From Octopus vulgaris (taxonomy: Eukaryota): a stretch of 64,000 nt of DNA. The stretch covers positions 111,600,001-111,664,000 of the forward strand of contig OX597823.1 in assembly GCA_951406725.2 (NCBI GenBank), given 5' to 3'. The stretch's first letter is position 1. Each line of letters begins with the position of its first letter. Below the pieces are notes generated by a model that was not told the origin of the DNA, did not search any database, and was given only the letters and a program-made list of their open reading frames with translations. Positions 14,806 to 28,740 of this stretch are shown one piece after another. The translations under genes and the position numbers were made by a program.

Positions 14806-15222
14806 TACTCTTTACTCTACTCTTTTACTCTTTTACTTATTTCAGTCATTTGACTGCGGCCATGCTGGAGCACCGCCTTTAGTCAAGCAAATTGACCCCG
14901 GGACTTATTCTTTGTAAGCCCAGTACTTATTCTATTGGTCTCTTTTGCCGAAGCGCTAAGTGACGGGGACGTAAACACACCAGCATCAGTTGTCAAGCAA
15001 TGTTGGAGGGGGGGACAAACACAGACACACAAACATACACACACATACATATATACATATATACGACAGGCTTCTTTAAGTTTCCGTCTACCAAATCCAC
15101 TCACAAGGCATTGGTCAGCCCGAGGCTATAGCAGAAGACACTTGCCCAAGGTGCCACGCAGTGGGACTGAAACCGGAACCATGTGGTTGGTTAGCAAGCT
15201 ACTTACCACACAGCCACTCCTG
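14806..15222 (-). mobile_element. SINE family A
   Basis: Same structure as above. It is the second unit of a local duplication. Confidence 0.93.
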
Positions 15223-15375
15223 TTGGGTATTTTTTATATAAAGTTGTTTTTATTAGAATGGCTACAGTTAGAGGGTAATAATGAAAACATAAAAATAACT
15301 TGCAAGATAAACAATTCTTACGTCTATGATACAGTAAACTCAACCACTCAAATTTTAAGACTTTACACAGAAATA

Positions 15376-15755
15376 GGCTCAGGAGTTGCTGTGTGGTAAG
15401 TAGCTTGCTTACCAACCACATGGTTCCGGGTTCATTCTCATTGCGTGGCACTTTGGACAAGTGTTTTCTACTATAGCCTCGGGCCGACCAAAGCCTTGTG
15501 AGTGGATTTGGTAGATGGAAACTGAAAGAAGCCCGTCGTATATATGTATATGTATATATATGTGTGCTTGTATGTCTGTGTTTGTCCCCCCCCCACTCAA
15601 CATCGCTTGACCACCGATGCTGGTGTGTTTACATCCTTGTAACTTAGCAGTTCAGCAAAAGAGACCGATAGAATAAGTACTAGGCTTACAAAAATAAGCC
15701 TAGTACTGCATGGCCGCAGTCAAATGACTGAAACAAGTAAAAGAGTAAAAGAGTA
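15376..15755 (+). mobile_element. SINE family A
   Basis: Head, body and AAGAGTA tail are present. It lies head-to-head with the copy ending at 15222. Confidence 0.92.
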
Positions 15756-16059
15756 GGAGTATCCTGAAAGAAATGGAAGGCAAAGAGGAAACTGCAAAGA
15801 TCTCATGGATTCCAATGTTCCATGTTCAAATTGCTCACATTTTGACAAAGAATTAGGTACCAACTTTTTAAGATTTTGGGGCTTAAGATTCAGTACAATT
15901 GCTAAAGTTATCCAAAAACAAGTACTTTTGACTTACCTCAGATGCTGAGGTTTCTTGTTAAAAATGATTCAAAAATAGAAATTACTCAGTAAACTATGCA
16001 AAATGCAAATTTTGTAGTTAGAGAAGAGTAAAATTGCAGCCAAAGGTGCTCGTTATAAT

Positions 16060-16720
16060 TTCCTATTCCTTCAGTGGGGGTCTATATAGCATTCACAAGT
16101 ACTTTCAAGATGTTATGGCTATAGTAGGGAAGTGCAAAAGAACTGAAGGTTTTTTTTATCCAGCATACACCTGTAATTCAAAATGACCAGAAATTGTAAG
16201 CCATCATACTGAAACTGCGGAAAATTGCCCTAACTTGACAACCAGTGTATACAACTTTCAGCTTACTGAGTTACTAAATAATTCAAAAGAATTGCTTATT
16301 TTTACAGTCTCAGATTCACATGTTTCTGTAATGGAATTTCAGAACCATGGACTTCCTTATTGCCACATGCTAATTCTTCTACAAGATGAGAATAACATGA
16401 GAACTCAAGTTGATATTGACAGCAGAAATTACAGGTGAAAACAAAAACATGTAATTTCAGAAAATTGTGAAAAAAATTGTGATACAGAGACCTCAGCTCT
16501 TTGCTTTATAATTGGATTATATCAAAAGAAATTCCCCGAAAGCTTCCAGGAAAAAAACCCATTTTAAATATAAGCATTTAATCTGAATACTGTCACTACA
16601 GTAATGAAACTGAAGTACATGTTGAATACTATTTTATTGACAGTTGCTATGTGGTGCTGTATATCACAATTGTGTTTAGACTAATTTTAATATACATTAA
16701 AAGTACAAAATATATATTTT
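16060..16720 (+). mobile_element. Helitron Rep (HUH endonuclease) remnant
   Basis: FQDVMAIVGK...YTCNSK*PEI and VMEFQNHGLPYCHMLI match Helitron Rep motifs (FTCNP.W.EI; E.Q.RG.PH.H). Confidence 0.8.
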
Positions 16721-17194
16721 TTATATATGTTTAACAGTGAAATGATTTTGTATCCATAGAAACAACAAGCAGTGTTGCCAGTTATTTTATTGTCATTGCT
16801 TAGTTGCTAATAATGAATTAGAGGAAAAATAAATTAATGTGCAACTCCAGTAATTTTATCATACCTGTAGATTTGTGTCCCCCCCAACACACCTTGTAAC
16901 AGCTTGGTGATTGTTACATGTACAAGATATGTAGTACACCTACATAGTTTACTGACTAACTATCCTCCTCCCAAGACAGTGAAGAGTGTACGTTTAAAGA
17001 GGTGAAGCTCATTAATCCACTGAGGTTCACCTTTGACCGTTTTGTTACTTTAATAGCATGGCATAAGCTAAAATCTTGAAGTTAATGCATTTATTATCTC
17101 ATACAGATGAACTCCCACTTAGGATGTTTACAAAGAAAATGGAAAGAAATTGATGTAAAGAAGCAGAAACAAGATCATGGTTTGTGTCATCTTT

Positions 17195-17530
17195 CCAGTG
17201 ACACATGATATTCAGAAACGACAAAAAGACCAGATTTAGTCCTATGGAACCGAGAACAGAGAATAGGAATTTTGCTAGAACTGACAGTGCCATGGAAAGA
17301 GAACATCGGCAATGCAGAGGAACAAAAAGAGAAGAGGTATGGAAAACTAATCGAAGAGTGGATTGTCGAGTATTACCACCTGGCAGTGGGGGCTAGGGGC
17401 TTCATTGAAAGGAAAATGACAACGCTATTCAAAAGAAGATTTGTTTTTTCTAACTCCAAGCTGCAAAAACTAATAAGGAGAGTAAAGGAGGCGGTCAAAA
17501 AATATGGCTGAAGCGGGAAGACCGAAAATG
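17195..17530 (+). mobile_element. HERO/R2-superfamily LINE restriction-like endonuclease C-terminal fragment
   Basis: TTKRPDLVLWNRE..IGILLELTVPWKENIGNAEEQKEKRY..L...HLAVGARGF matches the RLE pattern RPD/ELTVPWE/K..KY/VGARG. Confidence 0.8.
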
Positions 17531-18039
17531 GCTTGAAAGTCATAACATGCTGGCGGGAAATAACAACACTAGGTGAGACAAGCTGACACTGAATTAGCTT
17601 GCTGACTGACAGGTGACGGTCGTTTAGAAAATGTGTGGGCTAAGACTACGTGCCTTCATTGGTCAGTTAAAGTTGAGAAAGTGTCACGTGACAACTTGCT
17701 GGGGCTGCCTACTGGAGCCTAGCAGCAGGTATTTAAAGGGAAAAAGATTTCACAAGTCAGTCAGTCGCCGGCTGACACTCGCTGATGATACATCAAAGAG
17801 GCCAGGGAACAGAAAAAAGAAGAAGAAAGAAGACATGCACCCAACACCAGAGCTGAAGACACCTCCGAAAGAAGCGGGGGGCACTACATCAAAACGGTAG
17901 AGGAGTAGGGGCCGAAACCGGACTTGGTTCCTCCTGATGATGTCTTGAGCTAACTGGATCCTATAAAGGAGCTGTTGTGGTAGCAGACCACGAAACACGG
18001 TTGTAATTCCTTCAAACGTTTTACTTTTGTATGTTGTTC

Positions 18040-18343
18040 CTCCATGCACCTGTACCAAACAAAATAGTAGCCTTACTGGCACCTGTGCTGGTGGCATGTG
18101 TAAAAAGATTTGAGCGAGGTCATTGCCAGTACCGCCTGACTGGCCCCTGTGCTGGTGGCACATAAAAAGTACCCACTACACTCTCGGAGTGGTTGGCGTT
18201 AGGAAGGGTATCCAGCTGTAGAAACTCTGCCAGATCAAGATTGGAGCCTGGTGCAGCCATCTGGTTCGCCAGCCCTCAGTGAAAATCGTCCAACCCATGC
18301 TAGCATGGAAAGCGGACGTTAAACGATGATGAGGATGATGATG
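18040..18343 (+). mobile_element. SINE family C
   Basis: GAGTGGTTGGCGTTAGGAAGGGTATCCAGC...CCAACCCATGCTAGCATGGAAAGCGGACGTTAAACGATGATG. Confidence 0.88.
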
Positions 18344-19302
18344 AAAACAGTGGTGGGATGATCTGAAATATAGTCAGAGAAATTATACTTACTTTCAGGA
18401 ATGCATACATATATCTGAAGCTGTTAAAAAAAGGTTTGAACAGCTTGGAAGTTCTATAGTTGAGATTTCTACCTTCAGAAAGCTTCAATAATGTTTGCAG
18501 CTGTCTGTCCATGTTGCTGTCCAAGAAATGCAATGCAGCTATGGAAAAGATGCAAATATGAAATCACAAAAGATTTGTCATCTTTTTTTTTTTGTTAAGT
18601 GTTTTGGTGTCACTGTAAGCACAAAATATAACACTATATAAACTACTAAAAATGGTAGAAATTGTGGAAGAATCGGGTTTACTGTAACTTTGTCAACAAG
18701 ATGACATGTTCAAGAAATCTTGCTCTACAATATTTAGTATAACATGCTTCGTCTTTGCAGTTCAAATTCATGCTACCGGCTACTACTAATAGTTATCAAT
18801 CTTAGCTCAATTTTATCATATGAACGTATGTATGTATGTATGTATGTATGTGTGTGTTTATGTATCTATGTGTGCGTATGCATGTGTGTATGTACGTATG
18901 CATACATGTTTGCCTGTATACGTATGTGTGATTGTGTGTAGGTGCCTGCATATGTACGAGTGCATGTATATATACATATGCCTCGTCTTTATTCTCTCAC
19001 CTATTTCCCATTATCTCTTGGTCTCTCCTTGTATCCTTCTTTCATTTACTAATCTCTCCTTTTACTCAATATTTCTGCATGTTTAACACTATCTATACTA
19101 TCGTCTCACTCTAAGCCTAGATGCACATTTTCCTCCATGCATGTATCTTATACATGCACACATACACACACACACACACATACACACACACACATACACA
19201 CACACACATGCACACGCGCACACATATTAGTTGAGAACAAATACAGAAGAAAATGTGAGAAATGTTTCTAAGGGAGATATATACGTGTGTACATGTATTC
19301 AC

Positions 19303-19353
<51 letters not shown>

Positions 19354-19362
19354 CATATATAT

Positions 19363-19466
<104 letters not shown>

Positions 19467-19546
19467 CATACATACATATATACATATATATATATAAATA
19501 TATATATATATATGTGTGTATATATATATATATATGTATGTATATA

Positions 19547-19600
<54 letters not shown>

Positions 19601-19641
19601 TGTATGTATATATGTATATATGCATATATATATATATATGC

Positions 19642-19672
<31 letters not shown>

Positions 19673-20029
19673 GAAACACAAATGCATGCATATATATATA
19701 TATATATATTTATATTCATATATAGATATATATGAATATACACACATAGACACGTACATACAACATATTTTCATTTAATACTTTACAAAAACGGGGTGTC
19801 GTCCATCACATCAGCACATTGCCATCATAAAGGAACAATACCATCAATAACAAAATCTACTCACACAACAACTACATAAACAACAAAAACAACAAGGAAA
19901 ACAACTACAAAAAAATTATAAAATAACATAAATGAATGAAACACCTAAAGCAAAACAAAAACATAACCTCCATCGTCGTCACTATCGTTGCATCTGCACC
20001 ATCGCCTATATCACCAGCACAATCATTAC

Positions 20030-20225
20030 CAACCACCACCACCACTGCTACCAGCACCACTACCACCACCACTACCATCACTACCACCACCACCACCACC
20101 ACTACCACCACTACCACCACCGCCACCACCACCACCACCACTACCACCACCACCACCACCACCACCACCACAACCACCACCACCACCACCACCACCACCA
20201 CCACCCCTATTGCCACTACCACTGC
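20030..20225. repeat. (CAC/TAC)n trinucleotide microsatellite
   Basis: Directly visible. It is the source of the poly-T/H/P/V/G ORFs. Confidence 0.95.
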
Positions 20226-20284
20226 CAGCAAGAACAAACACTACATTAATAAATGCTCGGTACTGACAAGATCTTGCTCAACTT

Positions 20285-20319
<35 letters not shown>

Positions 20320-21059
20320 CTCCTCTCCCATTCTCTTCCTTCTTCGGCTCCCTCCCCCCTCCTCTCATTCAAATCTGTTCACTGAGTGGGAAAGATATTC
20401 CCATATTCTCCCAAAACTGGCCAATTGAAGCATTGTCCAAGTGGAACAAAATCTTTCCTTACATTGTCCAAAACTGAAGACAGAATAAGTCATGTGTGAC
20501 TTCATTAAGTTACCATGTCAAAATATCATAAAGAAAAAGAGCAAGACAAAAAGGGGCCGTTTGTCACTTCATTTGCATATGAAACAGAACACAGAAAGGT
20601 CAATTGTTAAAAACTGCAGCGGACTTTAAAAAAAATGCGACGTGGGAATCATTTTGCCATTCAAGTTAAATCTTTGGAAATGTATTCTTCCATTGTTGTA
20701 TCATTCTTGTCTTTTGGCTGCTGTTTGTTATTATAGCTGGCATTGTTGCTGCTGCTGCTGTTGTTGTTGTTGATGATGCTATTCTTGTTGTTGTTGTTCT
20801 TCTTCTTCTTGCCTTTGTTGTTGCTGTTGTTGTTGTTTTGTTGTTATTGTTTAGGTGTTTTGTTGTTATTAAAGTTTTGTGTCTTTTGCTGGCATTTTAT
20901 TATACTTGTATGTGTGCATCTATCTCTCTCTTTCACTCTCTCAGAATATATATATATATATGTATGTGTGTATGTGTGTGTGTGAGTGTGTGTGTATGTA
21001 TGTTTATATGTACACACGCATGCACATACACACATTTATATAAAAAAATGTATGTATGA

Positions 21060-21128
<69 letters not shown>

Positions 21129-21143
21129 CATATATACATATAT

Positions 21144-21204
<61 letters not shown>

Positions 21205-21608
21205 ATATATTTATGCACACGTACATATATATACCTATACATATATCATGTATTTATAATTGATTTGTGTTTCCCCCTTTCCAAGTGAACGTTGTATAGT
21301 TTTTATGTTGAATTTTCGTTGTTCTATTTTTGTTGCAACTTGTGACACTGGCAAAGACTTTGATATCATTTAGAGAAATGGCAAGAAAGAAAATGTATAT
21401 AGAAGGGTTAAGAGATCTAATCTTGAACTTGTTATTGTTTCTGGTGTTCTTTGACATCAGGTCAGCAATGACCAGGCTGACCTATGTTCAAGGATATTCA
21501 AGCTGTGACCCTGTTGTCATTTCCCCTCTCAACCATATAATAGGGACCACTGTAGATGCTACTCCTTAAAAATACAGCTTCAAAGTATTATAAGTAAAAG
21601 AAGGAAAT

Positions 21609-22046
21609 GGCGCAGGAGTGGAAAAGGCACAGGAGTGGCTGTGTGGTAAGTAGCTTGCTAACCAACCACATGGTTCCGGGTTCAGTCCCACTGCGTGGCA
21701 TCTTGGGCAAGTGTCTTCTGCTATACCCCTGGTCCGACCAATGCCTTGTGAGTGGATTTGGTAGACTGAAACTGAAAGAAGCCTGTCGTATATATGTATA
21801 TATATATATATATGTATGTATGTGTTTGTGTGTCTGTGTTTGTCCCCCTAGCATTGCTTGACAACCGATGCTGGTGTGTGTTTACGTCTCCGTCACTTAG
21901 CGATTCGGCAAAAGAGACCGATAGAATAAGTACTGGGCTTACAAAGAATAAGTCCCGGGGTTGATTTGCTTGACTAAAGGTGGTGCTCCAGCATGGCCGC
22001 AGTCAAATGACTGAAACAAGTAAAAGAGTAAAAGAGTAAAGAGTAA
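21609..22046 (+). mobile_element. SINE family A, full length, with a duplicated 5' 13-mer
   Basis: GGCGCAGGAGTGG AAAA GGCACAGGAGTGGCTGTGTGG ... (AAGAGTA)n. Confidence 0.93.
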
Positions 22047-22159
22047 ATGATTATCAAATAAATGGACACCCAAAAGTAAGCAAGGAAGTAAGCATGTGCA
22101 CATTATACAATATATCCTGCATTGTTTTAAAGAGGAGATGTTTGATTTAATGGAAAATT

Positions 22160-22697
22160 GGTTGGGTTCGGTCCCACTGCATGGCACCTTGGGCAAGTGA
22201 CTTCTACTATAGCCTCAAGCTAACCAAAGCTTTGTGAGTGGATTAGGTAGACAGAAACTGAATGAAGCCCATTGTGTGTATGTATGTATGTATATATATA
22301 TATTTTATTTCTCCTTTAGCTTTCAGAATTACTACTATTTTTGCGGTTTGAGTTTTAGCTGCTCTTTTCAAGTGAGTCGAACGACCTGTATTTTGTTTAT
22401 ATATATATATATATATACATATATATATTTATGTATATGTATATATACATGTATATACATATATATATATTTATATATATATATGTATATATATGTGTTC
22501 GTATCACCGCCACCGCTTGTTGACAACCGATGTTGGCGTGCTTATGTCTCCGAAACTTAGCAGTTCAACAAAAGAGACTAGCAGAATAAGTGCTAGGCCT
22601 GTTAGAAATAAGTTCTGGGGTTGACTTCTTTAACTAAAGGTGGTGTTCCAGCATGGCTGCAGTCAAATGACTGAAACATATAAAAGAGTAGAAGAGT
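22160..22697 (+). mobile_element. 5'-truncated SINE family A with a ~95-bp foreign insert in its internal (TA)n
   Basis: SINE body continues on both sides of non-SINE sequence at ~22303-22399, which is flanked by TA repeats. Confidence 0.8.
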
Positions 22698-22950
22698 ACT
22701 GTTCCCATAAAAAATTTCCCTCAAGTCTGTTTGTTAGACCATCTTTACATGTATATGAGTATGTGTGGGTAGAAATATGGCTACATGGTTAAGAAACCTG
22801 CTTTGTAAGCACATGGTTTTGGGTTCCATCCCACTGTATTTCTTCTTGCGCAAGTGCTCTCATCTATAATCTCGAGTCGACAAATGCATTGTCAGTGAAT
22901 TTCATAGACAGAAACTGTACAAAACCCACTGTATATATGTGTGTGTGTGT

Positions 22951-23650
<700 letters not shown>

Positions 23651-23651
23651 A

Positions 23652-23684
<33 letters not shown>

Positions 23685-23903
23685 GATGTGTATACTCATT
23701 GTAAATGTATATACAAGAATACATATATGCATAACATTTCAAATGCAAGGTAAGGGTTTAATAAATATATAATTTAGCCTCACTAGCAGAAATATATTGA
23801 GATTTCATCTCAAGTTTATTCCTCTGTGGGAGTAAAAATGTATCACATAGTGAATTTTCTGGTTTTCAAACTATTTCCCATTTACAGAAACAGTTGCAGC
23901 CTA

Positions 23904-24460
23904 TCTATTATATAAAATCCGATCTGTCTGTGTGTCTTCTAGGATCTCGGACATCTTCCTTCTGATTGCGCTCAAATTTGATATGTAGATACCGACGGTA
24001 TCAGGGCATGTATAAGTCTTGAAAAAATTACAAAAATCGATTCCAGGTGAGAAAGCGATCGATAAAGCTGTGGGAATGTGCATTTGTACGTACAAGTACA
24101 TCAGCTGTTGTGATCGATACTACGCGTATGCAAGAAAAATGTCCATGCAGTTTGCGCAAAAAAGCTGGCTGGCTTGAAATAATGCCACAAAATGCAGTAT
24201 ATTTAAGAGACCAAAAACGTAAGGTGCAAAAGAGATATTTTCTTCAAACTTGGCATGAAGGAAGGAAAGACTATTTGGTTCTCAAGAAGTTTTTTTTTCT
24301 TTGCCTTAACTTCGTTTAACAAAACCAAAAATTTTATTGAAATAAAGGCATGCTTAATTATTTTTTAATGAAAAGAAAACACTGATTGCTTTTTATTCAG
24401 CAGATATGATTCACCACCGTCCATTGGATGGGGGGGGGGGCGTTTGACTCGTTCCTACTA
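23904..24460 (+). mobile_element. possible non-autonomous Helitron-type element 5' part
   Basis: A|TCTATTATATAAAA start followed by a CTGTCTGTGTGT tract, and the body retains CpG. No 3' CTRR end was located. Confidence 0.4.
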
Positions 24461-25026
24461 ACTGAGTATTAAGAGTTGATCAAAAAGTTAATTATGTCAA
24501 GTTTGTATAGTAGAGCAAGTAATGACACAACTTAGCTTTGCCATTGGATTAATTTGGAATCTAATATAAAGCTTTAACATTTCCAGCATCCTCACATTTG
24601 TGTTTCATTAACTGACATCCAGTGTTGGTCTGTTTATGTCCCCATAACTTTGAGGTTTGGCAATAAGTATCTGATGGAATAAGTACCAGCCATAATTGTG
24701 CACTGGGGTTGATTCAGTTAACTAAACACTTCAAGATGATGCTCCAGCATGGTCGTTGTCCAGTGACTGAAATAAGTGAAAAACATAAAAGACTTCTATG
24801 TAGTTTTGATTTCAAAAATAAACTAATTTGTTACACTTCAAGTTTATCCCCCCATGGGCTGAAAAAATGTAGAGATTAATCTTATCTGATTAGTTTCTGG
24901 TTTTTATAAGTCTTCATTAGAGAAAGACTAACTATTTTCTATAGGCTATGAGAATAACAAATTATAACTATTTATAGTGTATACAAAGTACCGATAGTCT
25001 AATTAGCATAAAAGTATATACACTAA

Positions 25027-25255
25027 GGCGGCGAGCTGGCAGAATCGTTAGCACGTCGGGCGAAATGCTTAGCGGTACTTCGTCTGCCACTACGTTCTGA
25101 GTTCAAATTCTGCCGAGGTCGACTTTGCCTTTCATCCTTTCGGAGTCGATAAATTAAGGACCAGTTACGCACTGGGGTCGATATAATTGACTTAATCTGT
25201 TGTCTGTCCTTGTTTGTCCCCTCTGTGTTTAGCCCCTTGTGGGTAGTAAAGAAAT
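25027..25255 (+). mobile_element. SINE family B, full length, 14-bp TSD
   Basis: AAGTATATACACTA at 25012-25025 and 25256-25269. Confidence 0.94.
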
Positions 25256-25387
25256 AAGTATATACACTAGTAATGTGAATATGAATGGGACCAGTTATAT
25301 GTGAGCTACACAGCTCCATACATTCTCATTGGTTAATTTGAAGGGCAAAGTAAACATTTTGAAAACATTCAATATTATTAATATCAA

Positions 25388-25619
25388 GGGCGGTGAGCTG
25401 GCAGAAATATTAGCACGCCAGGCAAAATGCTTAGCAGTATTTTGTCTGACACTACGTTCTGAGTTCAAATTCTGCCGAGGTCGACTTTGCCTTTCATCCT
25501 TTCGGGGTTGATAAATTAAGTACCAGTTATGCACTGGGGTCAATCTAATAAGCTTAATCCCTTTGTCTGTCCTTGTTTGTCCCCTCTACGTTTAGCCCCT
25601 TGTGGGCAATAAAGAAATA
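25388..25619 (+). mobile_element. SINE family B, full length, 16-bp TSD
   Basis: AATATTATTAATATCA at 25371-25386 and 25620-25635. Confidence 0.94.
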
Positions 25620-25759
25620 AATATTATTAATATCACAAGTATTTCGCTGCAAACAATATACCACAGTTTTAGCTGCACTTGATCTGAAGAAGGGATTGAC
25701 ATATTTTGCTGCTGATTAGTTTACTGTTATGCAATGAATGGCTAAAATAATACAGGCTG

Positions 25760-26051
25760 TAGTTTGTTTGTTCCTGGCTCATAAGGGCCGGTTTCCCGGT
25801 TTCTTGGCATATAGATTCCCCACCTGGACGGGACGCCGGTCCGTCGCAGGTGAGCTGCAAGATGCAGGAGGAAAGAGTGAGAGAAAGTTGTGGTGAAAGA
25901 GTCAGCAAAAGTTTGCCATTACCTTCTGCCAGAGCCGTGTAGAGCTTAGGTGATTCGCTCATAAACACACACATCACCCAGTCTGAGATTCGAACCCATG
26001 ATCCCTTGACTGCAAGTCCGCTGCTCTAACCACTAGGCCATGTGCCTCCAC
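25760..26051 (-). mobile_element. SINE family D (tRNA head), 11-bp TSD
   Basis: GTGGAGGCACATGGCCTAGTGG A-box and GGTTCGAATC B-box on the minus strand. AATACAGGCTG at 25749-25759 and 26052-26062. Confidence 0.92.
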
Positions 26052-26194
26052 AATACAGGCTGAATAATAGTGAAGTGACCCTAGCTTTTGTTTCCTCATT
26101 CAAAATATTGGCTTGTTTGTTTTCTTTTACATAGTTCTTTGAAGAAGGCAACCAGAATGGTCTCTTTATATTTAGTGACTTAGGATAAATAACA

Positions 26195-26450
26195 TTGCAA
26201 TAGTCATAGTTATGATTTATCATAGTAATTCAGACTGGATAATGTGGTCATAGCTATGATTTATCAGAATAATACAAGCTCTGTAGTATAGAAACAGACA
26301 AGGCTATGATGTATCAAAGTAATTCAGGTTGGATAATTTGCAGTTGTCCTGTGATGATTCATCGCAATGATAGAGTCCAGATGATACTTAAATGGTCATA
26401 TCTATGATTGATCATAGTAATGGACTGGACAATTTAAAGTTGTATCTGAT
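26195..26450. repeat. degenerate ~40-bp minisatellite
   Basis: Recurring GTCATAGCTATGATTTATCATAGTAATTCAGACTGGATAAT-like units. Confidence 0.7.
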
Positions 26451-26701
26451 TGTTAAAACTTCCTTGGTTTCACAGCAAACAACAGAAACCAACACCACAA
26501 TACTGTAATGAAGTCACATTTAGGGAGTTCATTAGACCCCCAGAAAATAGCTACTAAATCTCCTACAATTATTTATTTAGTAATTAGCATTAAGCCTCTA
26601 CTAAGTACTGAAAAATACAAAATGACTGTTGAGTGGTTCATTTCTTTCCAAACAATATCAAAGACATTTATGAAAGAATTTTCCAGTGGATTGACAGACT
26701 T

Positions 26702-26860
26702 GTTCAAATTCCGCCGAGGTTGACTTTGCTTTTCATCCTTTTGGGGTCGATAAATTAAGTACCAGTTACACACTGGGGTCTATATAATCGACTTAATCTG
26801 TCTTTCTGTCCTTGTTTGTCCTCTCTGTGTTTAGCCCCTTTGTGGGTAGTAAAGAAATAG
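26702..26860 (+). mobile_element. 5'-truncated SINE family B
   Basis: GTTCAAATTCCGCCGAGG...GTAGTAAAGAAATAG. Confidence 0.88.
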
Positions 26861-27099
26861 ATATCTAATAATTAGCTACTGTTATTTTATAATCTAAGTT
26901 CTAGTTCAGTTGTAGTGTTTTATCTTTCCAGGGTCAATAAAATTACGTACAAGACATGAGTGCAAGAATGGCTGTTTGGTTAAGAAATTTGTTTAACACC
27001 TATTATATCTGGATTTGGATTTTATTCTTTCATAGCTAACGTTAGTAAGTGTTTTTTCCCCCACATTCTTAAACGTTGTAAGTTGCACTCAATTATCAA

Positions 27100-27630
27100 A
27101 GCTGTGTGGAAACATATCAGAGAAATCTTTTCTATTATTGGCTGATAGATCATGCTAACTTCATGTTTTGTCTCTTCAATATGGCCCTTGTGCGTCTTTA
27201 TTGAAGTCCAGTCTGTTGCAAGCAGCTGAGCCAGTTCTTGGGTTTGGGGATAACTTTCTCACTTTCTCTCTGCAGTCTTGAATGCTCTGAAAAAGAGTTA
27301 TGGGCACTGCCCTTTCGTCAGTCAGATTTAATATACCCATATAGCTTTCTAGATATGAAAACAGTTATTATCAAAGACTAAGAAGACTGACTGATAATTG
27401 AAACCCAGCTGCCATCCACAATCTGCTATGGAATTAATGACACACCATAACTCTGTGTCTGTATCTGTTGTGAGTCAATAACAAATTCTTCAAGCACAAA
27501 TTCCAAACAAGCTTTTGTTTCCTTATTCAAAAGATTGGCTTGTTTGTTTTCTTTTACATAGTTCTTTTGACTATTTTATTTTTCCATTCCACTTTGAAGA
27601 AGGCAACAAAAATGGTCTCTTTATATTTTT
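27100..27630 (-). mobile_element. decayed RTE-type LINE 3' coding remnant
   Basis: Weak similarity to the RTE C-terminus (KLYG..K...R.G...; LA.D...W...I..G). Part of it is locally repeated at 26080-26175. Confidence 0.4.
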
Positions 27631-28399
27631 TCTTCCATACACACACACACGCACACACACACACATATATATGTATGTTTGTGAATGTATGTGTACATAT
27701 GAGTGTGTATGAGTGGTGGGTGTGTGGGGTGATGTGAGTGTGTTTTTTATTGTAATCTCTCAGGTTATTTCTTTGTCGTTATTAACCCTGAAAATAGATT
27801 TAATTCTTGCAAGTCCAACCAAATTACTAATGTTCTTTTTCCGTGTTAAATCCTGGCTATTTCCAAGATCTTTCCTTTCCTTTCCATTTACCACCCCCAT
27901 CATCCCCATCTTCACAAGTTCTTGCTTTCAGCTAATGTCAAATACTCAATATTGTCAATGATAATCTCTTTCAAGCAACAGAATCCGTTTTCCTGTCACC
28001 ACTTAATCAAATAAACCATTAATTTGCTTAAACTTTAGCTATTTTTCACTAATCTATTTAAGTCATTCAAATCTTTTATTCCATTTATATTCCTTCTTTA
28101 AATTTATTCATTTATTTAATAATTCCTATTTCATTCCCCTCTCTTCACTCAATTTCACCCTCTCCTTCTCTCTCACTTTCTCACACAAACTCTCTTTCTC
28201 CTGCTTTCACTTTTCCATCTCATCTGCCATCTTGTTTTTAGCATTTTAAAAATTACTCACTTTCTCTCTTTTCCTTTTATATATTTCAATTCCATTCCTT
28301 TACGTTTGTTTTTGTTTATTCTTAAAATTTATTTTAGCCTCAGAACATGTACGTACATTCATATGTACATACACACGCAAAGACATTCATACATATAAA

Positions 28400-28515
28400 T
28401 ACATATAGATACAGTTATATATATATATATATATACAATCAAACATACTTGCATGCATATACATATACAAATTTATACATAAATTTATATACATATAAAT
28501 ACAAATAGATACAGT

Positions 28516-28551
<36 letters not shown>

Positions 28552-28629
28552 CAATCAAACATACTTGCATGCATATACTTATACAAATTTATACGTAAAT
28601 TTATATACATATAAATATATATAGATGCA

Positions 28630-28665
<36 letters not shown>

Positions 28666-28740
28666 CAATCAAACATACTTGCATGCATATACATATACAA
28701 ATTTATACATAAATTTATATACATATAAGGATATATATAT
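28400..28740. repeat. three tandem ~100-115-bp units built around (TA)n
   Basis: ACAATCAAACATACTTGCATGCATATAC..ATACAAATTTATAC occurs three times. Confidence 0.85.

Noticed and set aside
25975-26051. tRNA gene (also 44868-44925, 60970-61035 and 63620-63693)
   Set aside because: These are tRNA-derived SINE heads continuous with SINE bodies and TSDs. No complete cloverleaf could be supported.
26195-26450. CRISPR-like repeat array (also 63000-63335)
   Set aside because: The repeats are degenerate with related linkers, the context is eukaryotic, and there are no cas genes.
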